Part shown: piece after piece, positions 19,161 to 32,000 of the stretch
Position numbering within the stretch: position 1 is the stretch's first letter
Layout of the letters: each line of letters opens with the position of its first letter
NCBI RefSeq assembly: GCF_040786235.1
Contig: NZ_JBFMKP010000001.1
Location: forward strand, 217,690-249,689
DNA: 32,000 nt
Origin: Aquimarina sp. 2201CG1-2-11
Lineage (GTDB): Bacteria > Bacteroidota > Bacteroidia > Flavobacteriales > Flavobacteriaceae
Direction: 5' to 3'
Notes under the pieces: model-generated
What the model was told of the DNA's origin: nothing
Databases searched by the model: none
Seen by the model: only the letters and a program-made list of their open reading frames with translations
Translations under genes and position numbers: made by a program

Positions 19161-20159
19161 ATGAGTATTATATCTATACAATCAAATCTTGGAGTACCGA
19201 AATACAAACAAATTATTGCATCGATAGAAAATGCAATTGTAGACGGTCATGTAAAAAGAGGAGATAAATTACCCTCTATAAATAGTATTCGAAATAGATT
19301 TTCTCTTTCTAGAGATACGGTGATGTTGGCTTATAATGAGTTAAAAGTAAGAGGTATTGTACAGTCTATTCCGGGAAAAGGATATTATATAAAAAGTGAA
19401 GATATTCGAACAAAACAGAAAATATTTTTACTGTTCGATGAATTAAATGCTTTTAAAGAAGATTTGTACAACTCATTTTTAAGCAACTTAGAAGAAAATG
19501 TGGTTGTAGATATATTTTTTCATCATTTTAATCATAGCGTATTTAGTAAATTGATCTACGATAATTTAGGAGATTATAATTACTATGTAATTATGCCTGC
19601 AAATCTTAAAGATATTGATGGTGTTATAGAAAAACTCCCAAATGATAAAGTATTTATTTTAGATCAATATCATGAGGAGTTGTCCAGGTATCCAACGATT
19701 TATCAAAATTTTGAGAAAGATATGTTTAATGGACTCTTAGATGGAGTAGAACTTCTAAAGAAATACAAAAAATTGGTGCTACTTTTTCCTGAAGAAAAAC
19801 AACCCATAGGGATGTATAATGGTTTTACATCGTTTTGTAAGCAAAATAAATTTGAGTATGAGGTAATAGCTACCCTAAACGAAAGAGAACCAAATAAAGG
19901 AGAAGTATATTTAATACCAGATGATAGAAATTTAATATTAATTATAAAGAAGATTAAAGAAAAAAGATTAATTCTGTCTCATGATATAGGTATCATTTCT
20001 TATAATGATACGTTGTTGAAAGAAATTGTCGAAGATGGGATTACTACTATTTCTACCGACTTTAATAAAATGGGAGAAAGATTAGCGCAGATGATTAAAA
20101 ATAAAGAGCGATTAAAAATAGAAAATCCGAATACTTTAATTTTAAGAAACTCATTATAA
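19161..20159 (+). CDS. GntR-family transcriptional regulator with a LacI/PBP1-type sugar-binding effector domain (AraR-like architecture)
   Basis: 332 aa. N-terminal GntR winged helix (PKYKQIIASIENAIVDGHVKRGDKLPSINSIRNRFSLSRDTVMLAYNELKVRGIVQSIPGKGYYIK). It is followed by about 250 aa of alternating beta-alpha periplasmic-binding-protein-like sequence (IGIISYNDT..., TTISTDF). Confidence 0.8.
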   Translation: MSIISIQSNLGVPKYKQIIASIENAIVDGHVKRGDKLPSINSIRNRFSLSRDTVMLAYNELKVRGIVQSIPGKGYYIKSEDIRTKQKIFLLFDELNAFKEDLYNSFLSNLEENVVVDIFFHHFNHSVFSKLIYDNLGDYNYYVIMPANLKDIDGVIEKLPNDKVFILDQYHEELSRYPTIYQNFEKDMFNGLLDGVELLKKYKKLVLLFPEEKQPIGMYNGFTSFCKQNKFEYEVIATLNEREPNKGEVYLIPDDRNLILIIKKIKEKRLILSHDIGIISYNDTLLKEIVEDGITTISTDFNKMGERLAQMIKNKERLKIENPNTLILRNSL

Positions 20160-20173
20160 TTAAATAGAAAAGT

Positions 20174-21079
20174 ATGTTTAAGATTGATCATATACAGGAT
20201 GAAAACTCAAACCTGGATCAAGTTGAATTAAAAAGCACAGATAATAAATCACAAGCAAAAATTGCTATTCGTTTAGGCGGTAGTTTGCAAGAATTGTTAC
20301 TAGATAACCAAATGATAATTAAAAATCTATCCCCTCTAAGTTATGATGTGTCATACGCATCTGCAATTTTATTCCCTTTTACAAATAGGGTAGAAAATGG
20401 AGAGTATACTTTTGGACAAAATCAGTATTCATTAGAGGTAAACTCTAAAGAAGAAAATAATGCGCTGCATGGTTTGGTATATAATAAAACTTTTAGATTG
20501 GTCGATGAGGAGACTTGTGATGATTATGCTTCAATCACTTTAAGTTACGATGAGGTCGAAAAAGTAAAAGGTTTTCCGTTCTATTATACCTTGTACTTAA
20601 CCTATATTTTAAGACAAAGTACACTCGAATTGAAGGTAATTGTAAAGAATAAAGATGAAAAAGCATTCCCTTTTAATATTGGATGGCATCCTTATTTCTG
20701 GAGTACAGATTTATACCATAGTTTTTTATCTGTAGACAGTAATAAAAAAATATCTTTTGATGAAAAAATGATTCCTGTTAAGGTAGATGATATAAATCTT
20801 AATGGAGAGATACAGGTTAGAGGGAAGAGTTTTGATGATTGTTATGTTCTCAATAATAACGAAGTCGATTTTAGAACACCAGATTATTGCGTTAATATAC
20901 GTTCTTCTTCTCATGAAAATTATTTACAAATCTATACTCCAGAAGGGATAGATGCTATTGCAATAGAGCCTGTTACAGGACCATCGAATAGCTTTAATAA
21001 TAAGTTTGGGTTGCAGGTGTTGAATGCAGGAGAAGAATATAATGTGACTTGGATAATTAAAATAAAAGATGATGAATAA
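20174..21079 (+). CDS. Aldose 1-epimerase (galactose mutarotase-like) family protein, cytoplasmic
   Basis: 301 aa with no signal peptide. Mutarotase-family motifs NALHGLVYNKTF, FNIGWHPYF and AIEPVTG. Starts 14 nt after the regulator stop. Confidence 0.75.
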   Translation: MFKIDHIQDENSNLDQVELKSTDNKSQAKIAIRLGGSLQELLLDNQMIIKNLSPLSYDVSYASAILFPFTNRVENGEYTFGQNQYSLEVNSKEENNALHGLVYNKTFRLVDEETCDDYASITLSYDEVEKVKGFPFYYTLYLTYILRQSTLELKVIVKNKDEKAFPFNIGWHPYFWSTDLYHSFLSVDSNKKISFDEKMIPVKVDDINLNGEIQVRGKSFDDCYVLNNNEVDFRTPDYCVNIRSSSHENYLQIYTPEGIDAIAIEPVTGPSNSFNNKFGLQVLNAGEEYNVTWIIKIKDDE

Positions 21080-23111
21080 TAAATTAGGTTATCTGTCAAT
21101 ACTGTTTTTAATCTTTTGTTTGGGGTGTAAACAGGAGGCTACATTAAAAGAATCTCCAGAATCTTCTACTGTAGTAAAGGAAACCCAAGAAGAGTATTTA
21201 ATCACAAGTATGGATATACTTAATTATGTAGGTACCCCAAAGCATAAGAAGGATAAAGAAATGTTGATGTTCTCTGATCAGGGAGCTTGGTTTGCCTACA
21301 GTATACCAGATAGTATTACTGTAGGGCAAGGGTTCTCAGGACCTTTCTTAATGACACAACAAAACGGGGTATGGAGTAGTGCAATGCTTTCTCAACTTTT
21401 AATACAAAGTGATAAAAATAAACCTGTTAAATGGAGTGAGCACACAAGTAAAAGCTATGCAAGCCATCTAGAACAGCAGTTTGTGAATAACAATATAGAA
21501 TTAACACAAGAATTGATTTTTAGTTCTGGACATACCGCAATACAACGATCTACCATACAAAATGTAGGTGCAACCACTCAAAATTTATTGATTAGTTGGA
21601 GTAACCAACCCATTTTGGCAGATAGACTTAGTTTGTCTGCAAATAATAATGAGGTAACCATTAGATCATCGAAAACAGATGCAATTGGACATATCTTATT
21701 TCCTAGAGAAATAAAAGTTGCAAGTACGGATAGTTCATATGTAACTTCTTCGCAAAGAGTTGTTTTAGAACCTAATCAGTCTAAGGAAATAGTAATTTCT
21801 CAAACGTTTATATTTTCGAACTATTCATGGGATAAAGAAAAGCTTGCTATAATCGAATTAGATTGTAATAAAGCTAAAGATGTTAGAAAAAATGAAAAAA
21901 ATAATCAATTAAAAGCCCTAACAGAAAATATAAATATTAACTTTAAGGACTATAGATATAAAGAGGTCATTGCTAAATCGCATTTGACATTACAAAATAA
22001 CTGGCGTATTCCTGCCGGTGAGATAAAATATGAAGGGTTGTTTCCTAGTTATCATTATAAGTGGTTTAACGGTTTTTGGTCTTGGGACTCCTGGAAACAT
22101 GCTGTTGGTTTGGCCTTTTATAATATAGATTTAGCAAAAAAGCAAGTAAAGCTTATGTTCGAGTTTCAGGATGAGGACGGCTTTGTAGCAGATTGTGTGT
22201 ATAGAGATACTAGTATAGAAAATCACAATTATAGAGATACAAAACCACCATTATCAGCATGGGCAGTTGTCAAAATATTTGAAAAGGATAAGGATATCAA
22301 TTTTGTGGAAGAATTATACCCCAAATTAAAGAAATACCACTATTGGTGGTATGAAAATCGAGATCATGATCAAGATGGTATATGCGAATATGGATCAACC
22401 GATGGTAGTTTGGTTGCTGCCAAATGGGAGAGTGGTATGGATAATGCCATAAGGTTCGATAACTCAAAAATCCTTAAGAATTCTGAAGGAGCGTATTCAT
22501 TAAATCAAGAAAGTGTTGATTTAAATGCTTACCTATTCGCAGAAAAACATTATTTAATCATACTAGCCAATGCTCTAAACCATAAAGATGATGTAAAACG
22601 TTATACACTAGAGGCAAAAAAACTAAAAAGTGCTATTCAGGAACAATTTTATGATACAAAGGATAGATGGTTTTATGACACCAACCTAGAAGGTACTGAT
22701 TTTGTTAAAGGAGAAGGAAGTGAAGGTTGGACTGCGTTGTGGGCAAATGTAGCTACAAAAGAACAGGCAGAAGCTGTGAAAAATAGAATGATGGACCCTA
22801 ATAAGTTTTATACCAAAGTACCTTTTCAAACCATGAGTGCAGATCATCCCAAGTTTGATCCGCTTAAGGGATACTGGAGAGGACCGAATTGGTTGGATCA
22901 GGCTTATTTTGGGGTACGTGGTCTTCGTAATTATGGTTTTGATGATCTTGCAGATAAGGCAACAAAACAAATTATAGAAGGAGCAGAAGGAATTTTGGGA
23001 AAAGGAAAAGCAATAAGAGAAAATTATCACCCAATAACGGGTGAAGGGTTACACGCGCATAACTTTAGTTGGAGTGCAGCACATATATTAATGTTAATAA
23101 TGAAAGATTAA
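21069..23111 (+). CDS. GH63-like / YgjK-like (alpha/alpha)6-barrel glycoside hydrolase (clan GH-G), lipoprotein; probable exo-alpha-glucosidase
   Basis: 680 aa. Lipobox MMNNKLGYLSILFLIFCLGC. N-terminal beta-sandwich region followed by barrel motifs FWSWDSWKHA, KPPLSAWAV, ICEYGSTDG...AAKWESGMDNAIRFD, SVDLNAYLF, GYWRGPNWLDQAYF, ENYHPITGE and NFSWSAAHILML. The start overlaps the epimerase stop by 11 nt. Confidence 0.7.
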   Translation: MMNNKLGYLSILFLIFCLGCKQEATLKESPESSTVVKETQEEYLITSMDILNYVGTPKHKKDKEMLMFSDQGAWFAYSIPDSITVGQGFSGPFLMTQQNGVWSSAMLSQLLIQSDKNKPVKWSEHTSKSYASHLEQQFVNNNIELTQELIFSSGHTAIQRSTIQNVGATTQNLLISWSNQPILADRLSLSANNNEVTIRSSKTDAIGHILFPREIKVASTDSSYVTSSQRVVLEPNQSKEIVISQTFIFSNYSWDKEKLAIIELDCNKAKDVRKNEKNNQLKALTENININFKDYRYKEVIAKSHLTLQNNWRIPAGEIKYEGLFPSYHYKWFNGFWSWDSWKHAVGLAFYNIDLAKKQVKLMFEFQDEDGFVADCVYRDTSIENHNYRDTKPPLSAWAVVKIFEKDKDINFVEELYPKLKKYHYWWYENRDHDQDGICEYGSTDGSLVAAKWESGMDNAIRFDNSKILKNSEGAYSLNQESVDLNAYLFAEKHYLIILANALNHKDDVKRYTLEAKKLKSAIQEQFYDTKDRWFYDTNLEGTDFVKGEGSEGWTALWANVATKEQAEAVKNRMMDPNKFYTKVPFQTMSADHPKFDPLKGYWRGPNWLDQAYFGVRGLRNYGFDDLADKATKQIIEGAEGILGKGKAIRENYHPITGEGLHAHNFSWSAAHILMLIMKD

Positions 23112-29355
<6,244 letters not shown>

Positions 29356-29359
29356 TACC

Positions 29360-30940
29360 ATGCAATTTGTAACATTTATAGGGTTTACATTATTAGTAGC
29401 AATCATTTCTTATTTCAAAAGCCGAAAAACCAGTGACACCACCTCTGATGGGTATTTTTTAGGAGGTAGAAGTTTGACAGGAGTTGTCATTGCAGGTTCT
29501 TTACTGCTAACCAACTTGTCTACAGAACAAATCGTTGGGTTAAACGGAGCTGCTTTTAAAGATGGTATTTTGGTGATGGCATGGGAAACGCTGGCAGCAA
29601 TAGCTATGGTGATTACAGCAATGTTTTTATTACCAAGATATTTAAAAAGCGGGCTAACTACGGTACCACAATTTTTGGAGAATAGATATGACAAAACAAC
29701 AAAAACAATAACTTCTGCTATTTTCTTGAGTGGTTATGTTGTTGTATTGTTACCTATTGTTTTGTATTCTGGTGCATTGGCCATCAGTAATATGTTTAAT
29801 GTTCCAGAATTGCTAGGGGTTTCCAAAACAACGGCTTTGTGGATTACTGTTTGGGCAATCGGTATCACAGGATCTATTTATGCAATTTTTGGAGGTTTAA
29901 AAGCTGTTGCGGTGTCAGATACTATCAATGCAGTTGGATTGTTGGTAGGCGGTATGTTAATCCCTGTTTTTGGATTAATGGCAATAGGAGGAGGAAGCGT
30001 TTTTGATGGTATTTCGGTTTTAACAGCATCACACCCAGAAAAATTTAAAGCATTAGGAGGGCCAGAATCTTCAATCCCATTTGGCAGTATTTTTACGGGA
30101 ATGATGCTAGTACAATTGTTCTATTGGGGAACTAATCAAGCTATTATACAACGAGCTTTAGGAGCCAAAGATCTTAAAGAAGGACAAAAAGGACTGCTTC
30201 TGGCCTCGTTTATAAAAATATTAGGCCCTCTTATTGTGGTATTACCTGGATTAATTGCTTATCATATGTTCGAAGGTACTCTGGACAATCCAGATGAAGC
30301 ATATCCAATGTTGGTGTCAAAAGTACTACCCACAGCCTGGGTAGGTTTTTTTGCTGCCGTTTTATTTGGAGCTATTTTAAGCTCATTTAATTCTGCATTA
30401 AACAGTTCAGTAACCTTATTCGGTGTGGATATTTATCAATCACATTTTAATCCCTATGCTTCTGAGAAAAAAGTGGTACAGGTTGGTAAAAGATTTGGAA
30501 TTGTATTGGCGATATTGGCCATGTGTATTGCTCCTTTGATTGCAAATGCATCAGATGGTTTGTTTGGGTATTTACAAAAGGTTAATGGATGTTATAGCAT
30601 TCCTATCTTGACAATTATAGTTGTAGGGTATTTGACCAAATATGTACCGGCAATTGCGGCCAAAATAGGTATTGTTTCTGGGGTTGTTCTTTATATTGCA
30701 TATATTTTATTGGATGAATTTGTTTTTGTTGGGCAATTTCCACACTTCTTACATGTAATGGCCATTTTATTTGTATTAAATGTGCTCATCATGTTGCTTA
30801 TAGGTAAGTTTCGGCCTAGAAAAGAAGCTTTCCAGCTTACATATACAGAAAAAGTAGATATTACCCCATGGCGCTATATAAATAGTGTCGGTATCGGGAT
30901 TTGTCTCATTGTTTTAAGTATTTACATTTATTACGCATAA
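29360..30940 (+). CDS. Sodium:solute symporter (SSS family, SGLT/vSGLT-like sugar transporter)
   Basis: 527 aa from the ATG at 29360 (MQFVTFIGFTLLVAIISYF...). Multiple TM helices. SSS motifs GGRSLTGVVIAGSLLLTNLSTEQIVGLNGAAF and LFYWGTNQAIIQRAL. The ORF-track start at 29288 lies inside the GH2 gene and adds a non-hydrophobic 24-aa extension, so 29360 is preferred. Confidence 0.88.
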   Translation: MQFVTFIGFTLLVAIISYFKSRKTSDTTSDGYFLGGRSLTGVVIAGSLLLTNLSTEQIVGLNGAAFKDGILVMAWETLAAIAMVITAMFLLPRYLKSGLTTVPQFLENRYDKTTKTITSAIFLSGYVVVLLPIVLYSGALAISNMFNVPELLGVSKTTALWITVWAIGITGSIYAIFGGLKAVAVSDTINAVGLLVGGMLIPVFGLMAIGGGSVFDGISVLTASHPEKFKALGGPESSIPFGSIFTGMMLVQLFYWGTNQAIIQRALGAKDLKEGQKGLLLASFIKILGPLIVVLPGLIAYHMFEGTLDNPDEAYPMLVSKVLPTAWVGFFAAVLFGAILSSFNSALNSSVTLFGVDIYQSHFNPYASEKKVVQVGKRFGIVLAILAMCIAPLIANASDGLFGYLQKVNGCYSIPILTIIVVGYLTKYVPAIAAKIGIVSGVVLYIAYILLDEFVFVGQFPHFLHVMAILFVLNVLIMLLIGKFRPRKEAFQLTYTEKVDITPWRYINSVGIGICLIVLSIYIYYA

Positions 30941-30945
30941 CCCCA

Positions 30946-32000
30946 ATGACAAATCTAGAGCTTATAACCAGAGTCGAATCTTGTTTTACGAAAAAATTTA
31001 ATGTAGCTCCTATTGTGGTATTTTCTCCGGGTAGAATAAACCTAATAGGAGAACATACAGACTATAACGAAGGTTTTGTATTTCCCGCGGCAATTGATAA
31101 AGGAATTGTGGCTGCGGTTCAGAAAAGTAAAAACAATTTTAGTACGATATATGCTGTCGATATTGAAGAAAAAACAGAATTTTCTTTAGATAACATTGCG
31201 CCCATAGAAAATGGAGGATGGAGAAATTATGTAGTAGGAGTGGTTGCAGGAATACAAGAGAAAGGAAAACAGATTACTAACTTTGATTTGGTATTTGGAG
31301 GTAGTATACCAGATGGAGCAGGATTATCCTCTTCTGCAGCATTAGAAAACAGTATTGTTTTTGGTTTAAATGAACTTTTCGAATTAGGATTATCCAAAGA
31401 AGAAATGATTTTTATTTCTCAGCAAGCCGAACACAATTTTGTGGGAGTGAAATGTGGTATTATGGACCAATATGCTAGTATGTATGGGCAAGAAAATAAA
31501 GCATTACAATTAGATTGCAGGGATCTTAGTGCGATACCCGTAACTATTGATTTTAAGGAGTATGGAATATTGTTAATTAATACCAATGTTAAGCATAGTT
31601 TAGCCAATAGTGCCTATAATGATCGTAGATCAGTTTGCGAAAGAGTAGCGGGGTTACTTAAAATTAGTGCTTTACGAGATGCAACAGAAACAGATTTAGC
31701 ATCAATAAAAAATAAAGTTTCAGAAGAAGCCTATCAACAGGCTTTGTATGTCGTCCAGGAGAATACTCGCGTAAAAGATGCCTTACAAGCAATTAGAAAT
31801 GAAGATATTCATACCTTAGGGAAACTATTGTATGCTTCTCATAAAGGATTATCAGAACAATACAAAGTAAGTTGTGATGAACTTGATTATTTGGTAGCTG
31901 AAGCAAAAAATAATGCACATACTATAGGAGCCAGAATGATGGGAGGAGGGTTTGGTGGTTGTATTATACAGCTAATCAAAAAAAATAAAATGGACGCCTA
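30946..32000 (+). CDS. galK: Galactokinase, 3'-truncated by the window end
   Basis: Not in the ORF track because no stop falls in the window. Hand translation from the ATG at 30946 gives MTNLELITRVESCFTKKFNVAPIVVFSPGRINLIGEHTDYNEGFVFPAAIDK..., which contains the galactokinase signature GR.NLIGEHTDYN. The GHMP motif PDGAGLSSSAALE and a later MMGGGFGGC follow. Starts 5 nt after the symporter stop. Confidence 0.92.
   Translation, partial: MTNLELITRVESCFTKKFNVAPIVVFSPGRINLIGEHTDYNEGFVFPAAIDKGIVAAVQKSKNNFSTIYAVDIEEKTEFSLDNIAPIENGGWRNYVVGVVAGIQEKGKQITNFDLVFGGSIPDGAGLSSSAALENSIVFGLNELFELGLSKEEMIFISQQAEHNFVGVKCGIMDQYASMYGQENKALQLDCRDLSAIPVTIDFKEYGILLINTNVKHSLANSAYNDRRSVCERVAGLLKISALRDATETDLASIKNKVSEEAYQQALYVVQENTRVKDALQAIRNEDIHTLGKLLYASHKGLSEQYKVSCDELDYLVAEAKNNAHTIGARMMGGGFGGCIIQLIKKNKMDA

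Overview
AT-rich Bacteroidota (Flavobacteriia-type) chromosomal window, judged from the SusC/SusD pair, lipoprotein signal peptides, a TAnnTTTG promoter box and tight operons without Shine-Dalgarno sites. Positions 1-11544 are housekeeping: partial zapA, a candidate structured RNA, rny, clpC, gyrA, a TPR protein and pheT. Positions 11716-32000 are a polysaccharide-utilisation-type locus. The minus strand carries susC-like and susD-like genes, then a terminator and a GH89 alpha-N-acetylglucosaminidase. The plus strand carries a very tightly packed operon: an AraR-type GntR regulator, an aldose epimerase, a GH63/YgjK-like lipoprotein, a 1023-aa three-domain fusion, a LacZ-type GH2 beta-galactosidase lipoprotein, an SGLT-type symporter and galK (cut by the window end). 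The fusion joins a hydroxylysine-kinase-like APH domain, an M23 peptidase domain and an AGXT2L-type PLP phospho-lyase domain. The main hypothesis is that this locus degrades collagen-type Glc-alpha1,2-Gal-beta-O-hydroxylysine glycopeptides. The sugars would enter the Leloir pathway and the hydroxylysine aglycone would be removed by the kinase/phospho-lyase fusion. That would be a PUL coupling glycan removal to catabolism of a modified amino acid. This rests on motif-level reading only, with no database search. No CRISPR arrays, tRNA/rRNA genes or mobile elements were seen.
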